Origin: Mustelus asterias
Lineage: Eukaryota
DNA length: 64,000 nucleotides
Direction: 5' to 3'
NCBI RefSeq assembly: GCF_964213995.1
Contig: NW_027590179.1
Location: 310,001-374,000, forward strand
Numbering within the stretch: position 1 is the stretch's first letter; each line of letters begins with the position of its first letter. This document shows, one piece after another, positions 1 to 10,680 of the stretch. The notes below the pieces were generated by a model. The model was not told the origin of the DNA and ran no database searches. It was given only the letters and a program-made list of their open reading frames with translations. The position numbers were made by a program, and so were the translations under genes.

Positions 1-149
1 TGCTGAGACTGCATCTTGAATACGTGCAGTTTTGTCTCCTATTTAAGAAATGATACAAATGCATTGAAAGTGGTTCAGAGGAGGTTTAATCGACTGCTTC
101 CCAATTCTTGACCCTCACAGGATAAATGTTGTCAGATTTTCCTTGTCTT

Positions 150-285
150 CACCTCTGACAAAGAGTAATCCTGACTCAAAATGTTGTCTCTATTCTCTCT
201 TTACAGATGCTGTCAGACTTGCTGAGATTGTCCAGCATTTTCTGTTTTTGTTTCAGATTCCAACAACAGCAGAATTTTGCCTTTA
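150..285 (+). mobile_element. Degenerate Penelope-like terminal repeat fragment (family 2)
   Basis: Same sequence type as 30650-30790 and 53990-54120 (ACAGATGCTGTCAGAC..GCTGAGATT..CCAGCATTTTCTGTTTTTG). Confidence 0.5.
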
Positions 286-1770
286 TACCAATTCTTGTTG
301 GATAAGGGCGTCAAAAGTATCAGGTGTAGAACGGGAATGTGGAACTCTACACAAGTAGATCAGCCATGATGTAAATAAACGGTGGAGCAGACTCAAAGGG
401 CCAAATGGCCGACTTCTGCTCCGATGTCGAATGTTGGTCACAAATTCCTGAGGATTGTGAACCAAGGCTGGAAGATTCGCCTTGCTTGTGTTCGTGGGAA
501 AATGTCCAGGAGAACCATCACTGTGAAGGACAGTTCTGGGATTAAAGGTTGCCAGACTGGAAAAGGAAAACAATGGAAATAAACCCTTGAGGAGTAAAGA
601 ATCACTTTGGACTGGTTTTTGGAGAAAGTGTGTCAACATTCCAAGGCAAAGTAAAATATATCCATTGAGTGGATATTTAGTGGTGTTAAGAGTAAAAGGG
701 CAAAGTTTAATTTTACAGTTTAAGGGCGATGTTCCCTATAAAAAAGTGTTTAATTATTGTTGCTTCTAGTTTGTTGGAGTAAACATCAGAAAACTTGAAG
801 TTTTGTCGTGTGAATCTTTAATTTACTCACTGGGTTTAGAATTCTTTTTTTTTAATTGTTGATCATCAGAGATCCTAACAGTTCATTTAAAGCCACACGT
901 TTCGACTTCCCATTTGAGCCAGGGGCATCTTTCTGTCTCTCTATTGCTCGTGTTAATGACAGCCAGGCGACAGATCTGAGGGCTGAATTTAGCTGAGAAT
1001 AACGGGGCCTGCGCCCCAGTTGGGAAACTGCCCTGGGCGTCGCACTAATAGAGAGACAGGAAGTGCTGGAGGACTGAGTGGGAAATGGGCCTCCAACCAA
1101 TTGTTATATCAGTCACTCAGAGCTAAAGAGAAACCTGTCTCTTTAATTACATATACAGGGAAGAGGCTGCACTGAAATCTGCCCTTCAAACCTGCACAAA
1201 AGCAGGAGGCTGAGATTGACAGGATGCAGGAGTCCATTCAGCCCATCGTGCCCCTGCTATCTCTTTGAAAGGACTCTCTGATTCATCCTACCACACTGAT
1301 CTGTCCCCACAGTCCTGCAAATTCTTCCCTTTCAAGTTTTTACCTTTTGGAAAGATTCTATTGAATCTGCTTTCAGGCAGATCAGAACAACTCGCTGTGT
1401 CAAAAAATAAAATCTTACCTCCTCCTCTGGCTCCTTTGCCAATTACCTTAGAGGGACTCACTTTCTGTTAAAGAGCCTGCCAACCCCTCTCACCCACTTT
1501 CCCTAAAGTGCATCAATCTCATCAGGAAAAGTCCAGCAAAATCAAATATTGTTACTGATAAAAGTTTATTAATGAAACAGAACATGGTTAAAACAAACAG
1601 AAAATGACTTGAGGATCAAAGACAACCAGAGTAAAAGGATGTTCACAATGTTCTGGACACAAATGGTTTCTCTTTATCTGTTCCCTGCCCTCTTTGTGGT
1701 AAAGGCAGAATTCTCTGGATAGTAAATTTAAAAAGAAGTTTATTGAATGAAAAAGGTTTACTGAACAACT

Positions 1771-2050
1771 GAGCACGGTGGCACAGTGGTTACTGCTGCC
1801 TTACAGCGTCCCGGCTTGGGTCCCTGTCTGTGCGGAGTCTGCACATTCTCCCCATGTCTGCATGGGTTTCCTCCGAGTCCTCCGGTTTCCTCCCACAGCC
1901 CAATGATGTGCAGGTTAGGTGGATTGGCCATGCTAAATTCTCATTCAGTGTACCTGAACAGGCGCCAGAGTGTGGCAACTAGGGGAATTTCACAGTAACT
2001 TCATTGCAGCGTGAATGTAAGCCTACTTGTGACTAATAAATAAACTTTAA
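1771..2050 (+). mobile_element. tRNA-derived SINE (HE1-type head, alternative tail)
   Basis: GCACGGTGGCACAGTGGTT A-box head, central TTCTCCCC..TCTGC..GGGTTTCCTCC domain, tail GTAACTTCATTGCAG..AATAAATAAAC. Confidence 0.85.
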
Positions 2051-2509
2051 GACATTGACTTTCACAACTTCATGCGGGTGATCAGTCCGTAGAAGAGTAA
2101 CCCTCTCTGGCTCCTTCTTTGTCAGGAATTCTTGTGGAATTCAGCCTCGGGACTCTGGCTCCTTCTTTGACAGTAATTTCCTTGGAACTCAGCCTTTGGA
2201 GGCTTCAGAATTTGGTTCACAAGGAAAACCTTCAGAACCTCTACTTTTATCCCCAAAGTGACCATTATCACACGTCAGAGTTGGGCCTGTTGTAACATGA
2301 CAATTGGTCAATTTGGTCACCAGATTAATTGAATTGGATCCTCAATTACTGACACCACTTTCTCTCATTATCTCAGACAGGAATACAAGAGAACTGGTTC
2401 ATACTATCCCTTTATCTGATTCTATACAATCCCCTTATTCACACAGTTTCAAATGTTGAGGCTAATCGGAGCTTGAAGATCTCTCTCGCCAGTACACTAC
2501 GCCAGCTGC

Positions 2510-2812
2510 GGCACGGTGGCACAGTGGTTGGCATTGCTGCCTCACAGCGCCAGGGATCTGGTTTCGATTCTCGTTTTGGGTCACTGTCCATGTGGTGTCT
2601 GCACGTTCTCCCCGTGTCTGCGTGGGTTCCCTCCAGCCGCTCCTGTTTCCTTCCCCAGTCTGAAAGACGTGCTGGTTTGGTGCATTGGTCATGCTAAATT
2701 CTCCCTCAGTGTAACCCGAACAGGCGCCGGATGTGGTGACTAGGGGATTTTCACAGTCACTTCATTGCAGTGTTAATGTGAGCCTACTTGTGACACAAAT
2801 AAATAAACTTTA
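2510..2812 (+). mobile_element. tRNA-derived SINE (HE1-type head, alternative tail)
   Basis: A box, GTTTCGATTC B box, same tail as 1771-2050. Confidence 0.85.
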
Positions 2813-3174
2813 AAAATTTATCTTCATTGCACATTCGTTACATACACAGCAATTAAGATTTTACATTTTAACAGCAAATAAAAACTCAGTCTTTTACTAT
2901 AACGACTGATTCATTAATTGTAACTCAATTAAGGATCACTGCTTATTCAATCACCATGATGCCCCTCCGTGGCCACAGGTATCCTTAATGGTAGGCATGA
3001 ACCCAGAATGTTTGAGTGATTCAGGTAGATGACTGAAAATTCAGTAAAGAAACTCTCATGTCTGTTTGAGCTACATTGCTGGAAGTAAGCTTACCAGCGC
3101 TGCTCCAATTACGTTTGCATAATGAATATGGAGTTTAGGGAATGCAGTTGATGAAAAGATCAATAATTGTCTTC

Positions 3175-3495
3175 GAATCCATACAGTGCAAAAGGAGGCC
3201 ATCAGGCTCTTCGAGTCTGCAGTGACTCTCCGACAGGGTATATTTTCCTGGTCCTCTTCCCTGCTCCATCACCGTAACCCCACAGATTTTTCGTGGCGAT
3301 TTATTCTAACCCACAAATTTCTGACAAGTTGGCATGCTGAACGCATCTAACCTGCACATCATTGAACTGTCGGAGGAAAAGGGGCACCCCACACAGACAC
3401 TGGGAGCATCTGCAAACTCCACGTAGCCTGGAACTGAACCCGGATTCCTGGAATTATGAGGCAGCAGTGCTAACCACTGTGACACCACTGTACCA
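3175..3495 (-). mobile_element. Degenerate HE1-type SINE
   Basis: Reverse complement of SINE head (GCAGCAGTGCTAACCACTGT) and CR1-like tail. Confidence 0.75.
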
Positions 3496-4007
3496 ATTAA
3501 TGACAGCCAAGCACACACGATGGGGTGAATGACCCATCGCACGATCTGCAAATGTTATGGATTTACAGGATTCCCTTGGTGGTTTACACACTTCGCTGTG
3601 CGGATGTGAGCAGTGAGGATAAGGTGGTGCTGCTCCATTGGATGACTGTCGATAAAACGCGAAATGCAGCCATGGTCTGCTCCGCTACTTTTGCTTTCAC
3701 CGTCTTTGCCCGGGTGCAGACAGCAGCGGAATGAATCGTTTCAGTAATTGCTGATGGCGGGTTGTGGGGCTGATCAACAAGGAAGGATCACTGCTTAAAT
3801 CTGGTGAACATTATCCATTTCCAACCAATCCAAGAGCAGAGAACACACGTGACCTTAAATGTATTTCGCCAACTTTAGCTTTCTGCTTCTTATTTACACC
3901 GCCAATCTCATGGTCTCTGGTAATGACGGATTCATTAAATGTGACAAATAGAAAGGGCACATTGATTGTCAGGTAGCAATGTGAAAACTCCGCAACGACG
4001 GTAAGTC

Positions 4008-4024
4008 ACGCCACCTGCTGGTGG
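4008..4024 (-). promoter_or_regulatory. CTCF-like motif
   Basis: Minus strand CCACCAGCAGGTGGCGT matches the CCASYAGRKGGCR core. Confidence 0.55.
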
Positions 4025-4416
4025 TTTCGGGTAGCTTTGTTTGTCGAGTTTGTCAAACTGTTGTCACCGCTTGAATTATTTGAATTAATTTCCAGTCATT
4101 TGATAGCGATAAGGAGGTTTACAAAAAATGAGAGGTTGGTATAACAGAGAGACGGAAGCAATGAGACAGAGTTATGATGAAAGTCACATGAGACACAGAA
4201 GGAACCAGAAAATGCGATTCTTTACAGCTCTCATTTATTGGCGGGGAATATCCATCAGTTCCGGCAGAGTAGCCAATCCTGTCTCTGGGAAATGCCCCTC
4301 AGTTCCTCAAAAAATAAAACCAGATTATAACAGGGGCTACCCTTTACACTAGATTGGAATCACCGGCAGAATTAGAGCATTTTGTTACTTCGTATCGAGA
4401 TGTATACACGGAAACC

Positions 4417-4862
4417 ATGTGTTCTCCATGCTCCTTACTGATTATAATGATCTTGCTGCCCGGCGGGTCCATTATTAAATAGTAACCATGTCATCCAGTG
4501 GTTATTTTTAAACCCTGACTTTTGAGCTAATCTGTATTTGTGTGACATGAATGAGTGGCAAAACTTCAGTGTTCCAGGTTCATTTCGAATTGACAATTGG
4601 GGAAGGACAGTGTGGACTGGACTGCCGTTACTTGATAACCTGCACTACCCTAACTCTACTCTGGTACATGCAGTATTCCGGGGAAGCTCCGCGATATTTG
4701 CTGAAGAAATGTAGCTTAGGGGGTGAAGAAAGGTCCCCAAACCGAGGTTCTCTGCAGATTTGCTGAAGGGAAACAAAACAGTTCCTTTATATCTTCTGTC
4801 GGATACTGCCGTGTATTTCCGTGCCACACATAGATACATGGAGCGGATCCAGTACGAAACTC
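4417..4862 (+). pseudogene. T-cell receptor alpha/delta-type V pseudogene
   Basis: 46-nt leader exon 4417-4462 (MCSPCSLLIIMILLP-G) with GC donor; acceptor reads CAT at 4546-4548; V framework LDC..LLWYMQYSGEAPRYLL, frameshift, RFSADL..DTAVYFRA (second Cys TGT>CGT); decayed RSS CACACAT-22-ACGAAACTC at 4825-4862. Confidence 0.85.
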
Positions 4863-6016
4863 CCCAGAATTGGAGTTCCAGTTGGTGGCCAGAGGATGGC
4901 GCTGTCACACCGATAAAGAGGGACAAGAATTAAACTCAGTGAGAGTCACAGGAATCTTCCGAAAAGAACAAAATATAATCCCCCACAAGAAGAGGTGAAG
5001 GACACGTTCGGAATTGTATTAGTTGGTTTTAACTCGCGTTCATAATTAAATTCGCCGTTATAAATCTATTTGATCTATTTCGTTGACTTAGTGTTTTGAA
5101 GCTGTTTCCGTGCCTCTCTGTAACATTAAACAACTCTTCCTCATCTCCCCTTTTAGATTTCTGGAGCCTTTGGCCCGAGACCAGTTCTCTGGTTTTATTT
5201 GATCAGAGTGTGTTGTTGGGTCAGAAACAGTTTATGAAAAATGAACAGATTTCAGAACTCATTGACTTTGATCATTCAATTGAATTTCACAATGTTTCCC
5301 AAACAGTATTCAAATATTCATCTGATTTACAGAATCACGGAGCAGCGACAAACAGATGAACAAGCCAGATATGATAAGAAGTTTAATGCTACCCTGGTAT
5401 CAGGTGGAGACAGTCAGGGAGATGTGGAAATTGGCTGCTCGGATTTATTTGAGAAATCAAAGTCACAACTTTATGAAATGTGTTCCGGATGTGCAAGCTG
5501 TCTGGAATGTAGCAATAGTGATCAAATAAACGCTATGAACAGTTCGCCCTCAAAGGCCCAGAAACTGAAAAGGGAGACGGAGCGAGTGGTGTTCAATATG
5601 GTAAGCAGGCATGGAAAAATAAGAAAAGGACAAATAGGGACTTCGGGATCAGAGGACGTCGCACAGACATGGAGAACTGTCCGTCTGCTGTGTGTGTGGC
5701 GCTTCACGGCCAGGTTTGACGGATGTTTGGGATTTTATCACCCAGGTCTGATTTTAGAGGAATACAGAGTTGATTAGCAGCAGAAGGGACGATTTAATTG
5801 ACACATTCATTATGTGATGGACTTGTCGGCCTAAAACGGTTCTGCAGTTTGTTTTCTCGGCCTCTCCTGGAAACAGTTGGGTGACAGTTGATCCGAGGTG
5901 AATATGGTTTCCTGTCGGTTTGTGTTTGAGCGGCTGACAGCGCCGCTGCTCATTGTGGCTGCATCTGCCAGAAGTTCTATACAGCAGCGAGGAGCTCTGA
6001 CTTATCTTGCTGAGAC

Positions 6017-6055
6017 AGTTTTTGTACAGGACTCAGGTTGCTTTCCATCACTGTG
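6017..6055 (-). other. Recombination signal sequence, 23-bp spacer
   Basis: Minus strand CACAGTG (6055-6049), 23-nt spacer, ACAAAAACT (6025-6017), directly after YYCAFR. Confidence 0.95.
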
Positions 6056-6514
6056 AGTCTGAAAGCGCAGTAATACACGGCCGCGTCAGACAACTGCAGA
6101 TCCGAGATCGTCAAACTGATGGATTTCTTCGGGATTTTGAGGTCAGTCGAGAAACGGATTTTAGCAAAATCTGCTTTACCTTCATTACCCCCCGAATACT
6201 TCCACAGTATGTACTCGGGCTGGGAGTCTGGATGCTGTCGATACCAGTATAAATAATAGCTGGTTTCTGCAGTATCATAGTTGCAGTTTAATATCACCAC
6301 GTCTCCTTCTGGCTTAACATCTGAGGACAGCGGCTGAGTGACAGAATCTCCATGGGTCAGACCTGGAAAATATGTTCAAATAGATAAAGAAAAGAGTGAT
6401 GTGTAATCAACAGTAAGATTCCACCCAAGTTTTGGAAATGAGAAAACTAACGTGATGCCCAGAAATACCTGTTAGAAATGCCCCCCACACAATCCAGATG
6501 CCGAGTACCCGCAT
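6056..6514 (-). CDS. TRDV: T-cell receptor alpha/delta variable gene segment, apparently functional
   Basis: Leader exon 6514-6469 (MRVLGIWIVWGAFLT-G), GT..AG intron 6468-6363, V exon 6362-6056 (DSVTQP..LNCNYDT..YYLYWYRQ..RFS..SISLTISDLQLSDAAVYYCAFR), then 23-RSS. Resembles TRDV1-like V domains; alpha versus delta use cannot be decided from the germline. Confidence 0.93.
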
Positions 6515-6610
6515 TGTCTCTGTCCGCTCTGTGAAGGCGGAATTGGTTATTTGAAGACACCCATTCTAAATCCCCACCCTTAATAATCTGACGACATTTC
6601 TCAGAGGCTC

Positions 6611-6618
6611 ATGCGTCA
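6611..6618 (-). promoter_or_regulatory. CRE-like element upstream of V leader
   Basis: TGACGCAT about 100 bp upstream of the leader ATG; CRE-like motifs are typical of TCR V promoters. Confidence 0.4.
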
Positions 6619-7262
6619 GCTCCGTGTCTCGCCAGTGGCACCCTGAGATTGGTAACTGTTCAGATGACTATCAGTGAATAGAAGCTCCCCAACCTGTACT
6701 ACATTCGGTGTCCCTGTTGGGCGAATTGTTCCGCTTTGGAAACGGGATGTCAAGAAAAAAACCTTCATTTTGTTATTGGAACGGAGGAGCAAGGAGTGTT
6801 GATACATTTGGTGGATTTCCAATCAATGTTCTGTGCACATTCTCTTAATTTTAGCATCCAAGCATTAGTGCCTGAGTCTCAGTGAGAGTCCAGAGAACGG
6901 TGGAGGCTGTGGGCCACTGAATAATTTTAAAACTGAGTGAAACCAACATTTTAACGAAAATGTATGCCACGGTTCAAGAAGATCAAGGCAGAAAAGTGGA
7001 TTTAAACGGAAAATCAGATGAACTGTAATCTGACTGAATGTTAGAGCAGATTTGCAGGCAGCCTAATTTTTATGTTCGAATGTTGAGATATCGGTGGATG
7101 GGCTGTGAATACCATGCAATCTTCTTTGTTTTACTGAAGGTACAGAGAAATCAATCAATGAAGTCTCGTTGCCTGTATATTATTCCTGAGATAATGTAAA
7201 GCGTGTACTGTGGGTGCTGTCCTGAAAGCTGGCCATGCACTGTTGGAGAACAGATATCCACT

Positions 7263-7299
7263 CCATCTGACGAAGGAGCTGTGCTCCGAAAGCTTATGG
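7263..7299 (+). ncRNA. Minimal type I hammerhead ribozyme motif
   Basis: CCAT-CTGACGA-A-GGAGC-TGT-GCTCC-GAAA-GC-TT-ATGG: stem I, core, stem II, palindromic stem III remnant. Confidence 0.7.
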
Positions 7300-7358
7300 T
7301 ATTTGCTACCAAATAAACCTGCTGGACTTTAACCTGGTGTTGTGAGACTTCTTACTGT
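7263..7358 (+). mobile_element. Penelope-like terminal repeat fragment (family 1)
   Basis: Matches the end of the GIY-YIG element at 58930-59028 (CCAAATAAACC..GGACTTTAACCTGGTGTTGTGAGACTTCTTACTG). Confidence 0.85.
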
Positions 7359-8124
7359 CTGAAATCAGCAGGGTTAGGATATGAAATTGTCATGGTGCAG
7401 CTAATTGTGACATTGCCGTTTCTTCAAAGGTCCACTCAGAGACAACCCGATGCACTGTGTGGTTGTGATCCCATTCTGATATAATGTACTGGGAAGAGTC
7501 AACTTTAAGAACTTGCGCTTTTTCTTATTAATTATTATCAACATGGGGGTCACTGGACAAGTAGTTCAAGGGCCCAGAATAATGCTTTGGGAAAATTAGT
7601 TCAAATCCCACCATATCAAATCGTTATATTTCAATTCGATTTTGGAGAAAAATGGTCAAAATTTAAATTTAGAAAAGTCAAGGTTAAATTTAAATGTGAT
7701 GATTTGATATTGAAAGCTAGTCGCATTGATGGTGCTGGAACGCTTTCACTGCAAATCCACCTAGTTCACTAATGCACTTTGTGGAAGGAAATATGCCATC
7801 CTAGCGAGGCCTGGAATGTGTGTGATTGCAGAATAACAACAATATAACGAACTCTCAAATATCCCAGCCCGGTTCGAGGACAAAACGTGATGGACAGAAA
7901 TATTGTCTTGTCACCGACGTCCAATTAATAATTTTAAAAAAGAGTTCATATCATTTGAATAATGGCAATGCCTGAGTTACAGCGGTCAGGAGAACAGCAT
8001 ATTCTTTACTTTCAATTGGGAAGGAAACGCTAAGTGAGAAGTGAGAAAATTGATGAGGAGAGGTCGGTTGTGGTTCTGCTTCCTTCTCCCCGAGTCTATG
8101 ACTACAGTTCGGAAAAAATCCCCG

Positions 8125-8330
8125 TAACACTAAGGGGCAATTTAGCATGACCAATGCACCTAACCTGCAAATTTTTGAACTGTGGGAGGAAACCGTAGCA
8201 TCTGGAGAATACCCAGGTAGACACGGAGAGAACGTGCAAACTCCGCACAGACAGTCATCCAAGGCCGGAATTGTATCTGGGTTCCTTGCGCTGTAAGGCA
8301 GCAATGATAACCACTGTGCCACCGTGCCGC
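8125..8330 (-). mobile_element. HE1-type SINE, 5' part
   Basis: Reverse complement of SINE head and central domain. Confidence 0.8.
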
Positions 8331-8487
8331 TCATTTAGTAATGCAGGACACGTGAGGTAGGCCAGAGAGAGGGGGCGACACAGAGCAGAAAAAATAGACT
8401 GTGGACTTTGTTGCCAATAGCAACGGTATGCCAATGGTACCAGAGACATTGTCCGTGTCATTTCAAGTTTGGAGAAACATGTGACGA

Positions 8488-8503
8488 CTGCGCCCTCTGA
8501 CGG
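8488..8503 (-). promoter_or_regulatory. CTCF-like motif
   Basis: Minus strand CCGTCAGAGGGCGCAG. Confidence 0.45.
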
Positions 8504-9394
8504 TGACTCAGGGTACGTGACACTGTCCGCAAGTGCAAGGTTGTCGATGGGCAGATTCCAGCGGTCTTTTATTGAGAGACGTGTTTTCAAACAATTCAAC
8601 TATGTAAACACACGCGAGGGAAATATAAATGAATTGAAAGAACAGTGCATTCTGTGTCATTTCTGAATCTCTTCCTTTCTGTCCTCCCCCCATCAGTTGG
8701 CTTTGTATTTCGCACTCGTAATGTCTCACTTTCTTTCATTTCTCCTTCCAGACTTTTCTAATTGGTTGTCCTCTGCCTGTAATCCTAAGCAGAAAACGAT
8801 TTCCAGAATTTTGACGCAAGGAACGGCGATATGGTTCAAAATGAGGATGGTTTGTGGCTTGAAGTGGTGCCGCAGAATGTGGTGTTCCCGTGCATCTGTT
8901 CCTCTTCTCCTCAGAGATGAAAGAGATTCCGGATTTCGAAGGTGCTATCGAAGCAGGCCTGACGGGTTAATTTAATCAAAGTTTCAAGTACATACATTAA
9001 CTTATAATGGAAGACTGTGGTTTTGTTGGTTAACAAATAAGGATCATTGGACACCGTTATTTTTAAGAAGGTTTGTTTATTGCTGAGAAACGTTGCGCAA
9101 ACCTGGTTATCCAGATTGCCGAGTGACATTGATTTATAGAGTCCACTCTCTAAGCCTCTTGTGTCGTCCACCTCCTCCTCTTCCAGTTACCATGCCCCAA
9201 GAGGGCATTGGTGACCATGGATGTCCATTTGATCGCTCTGTGATTTCAAAGTACTCCAGCGGTCTGTCATTGACTTCTGCAGTATTGTTGACCAGGTATC
9301 GGTTCCGTTCCCATCACCTGCCATCAGCAATACTGAAAGGATTTACAGGCTGATAATCAACGTGTTGACCTCGTTAAGAACGTGACCATCAAGT

Positions 9395-9945
9395 TTGGTA
9401 GTTTGTGTTCTGTGGAACGAAGGGAACTTGGCGGGTTTGTCCACAGATGTCTGAAAGAGGAAGGGTATGTTAGTAGGGTGGTGAAAAGGGCATACGTGAC
9501 GCTTCACTTTGTCAATCATGACATAGGTTGCAAAAGCAGGGAACTCATGTTGGAACTGTGCAGAACTTTGGTGAGGCCACAGCTTGAGTACCGTGTGCAG
9601 TTCAGGTCGCCACATTCTCGGAAGGATGTGATTGCAATGCAGGGGGTGCAGAAGATATTTACCAGGATACTACCTGGGATAGAACATTTAAGTTATGAAG
9701 CAAGGTTGGGTAGGCTTGGCTTGTTTTCGTTGGAGCAGAGAAAACTGAGGGGCGACCTGATCGAGGTGTACAAGATTATGAGATACACGGACAGAGTGGA
9801 TAAAGAGCAGCTATTCCCCTTAATTGAAGGGTCAGTCACAAGGCGAAATAGGTTCAAGGTGAGGGACAGGAGGTTTCGGGGGAATGTGAGGAAAACCTGT
9901 TTACCCAGAGGGTGGTGACAGTCTGGAGTACGCTGCCTGGGAGGA
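9395..9945 (+). mobile_element. CR1/HER1 LINE ORF2 C-terminal fragment
   Basis: RTLVRPQLEYRVQF..LRGDLIEVYKIM in ORF 9382-9918. Confidence 0.9.
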
Positions 9946-10019
9946 TTGCAAAATCTCTTCCCATCATTTTCTTCCAAGTCCCGCAGTTTGATTTGAAACA
10001 GAACAGCTTCTGTTTTTAG

Positions 10020-10211
10020 CTTCACCACAGACTCAAACTTCACACACAGACTCCAACTTCACACACAGACTCAAACTTCACCACAGACTCAAACTTCACA
10101 CACAGACTCCAACTTCACACACAGACTCAAACTTCACCACAGACTCAAACTTCACACACAGACTCAAACTTCACACACAGACTCAAACTTCACACACAGA
10201 CTCAAACTTCA
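10020..10211. repeat. Minisatellite, 18/19-bp unit, about 10 copies
   Basis: CTTCAC(A)CACAGACTC(A/C)AA units with an 18+19+19 higher-order period. Confidence 0.95.
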
Positions 10212-10680
10212 TCCTCTGGACAACATCTGTGAGGAAAACACTTTCTTTCTCCCCCTGGGAAATACAGAGACAGAGAAATTCTCTGGAACTGGAATTAGAG
10301 CCAAATATACTGAGGGGGAAAATGTTTGTGATTTTGTGGAACCTGTTTTTATTGTTTGAACTTTTAAAGTGTAATTTATCTTGTCTATTCAAATACTGTT
10401 TCTTAATGCATGATTCAGTGATGTTAATTTTAGATTAATTTTTAAAATAAAATTTTTAAAAATAAAACATTGTCTTTCAGTTTATTCCCTTGGGATTTGT
10501 GGGAATGTGTTTATTATAAGGTGACCATGAGGATCGTAACAACATTGATATGTCTGGTGTTGTTATATGCTGCATATGATGTAGAGATGCCGGTGTTGGA
10601 CTGGGGTGGGCACAGTAAGAAGTCTCACAACATCTGGTTAAAATCCAACGGGTTTATTTGGAATCACGAGCTTTCAGAGC

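Noticed and set aside
432-880. Solo LTR candidates (also about 15980-17430 and 36428-37845)
   Set aside because: Only TG..CA-like ends and composition; no TSD or second copy confirmed.
1771-1850. tRNA genes at SINE heads
   Set aside because: A/B boxes continue into SINE bodies; no full cloverleaf.
3600-3990. Possible third, very decayed V segment (DVSSEDKVV..AMVCSA..FLLLIYTANL.VSG, then CACATTG, then a CTCF motif)
   Set aside because: No WYxQ or YxC, and no nonamer at 12 or 23 spacing; needs a V-set HMM hit.
5241-5777. 178-aa ORF between the V segments
   Set aside because: No recognisable domain or exon signals.
5917-5957. Second RSS-like element, minus CACAATG..ACACAAACC, as a possible D segment
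   Set aside because: Spacer is 25 bp and there is no partner 12-RSS on the other side.
10020-10211. CRISPR-like array (also 63470-64000)
   Set aside because: No unique spacers; eukaryotic tandem repeats.
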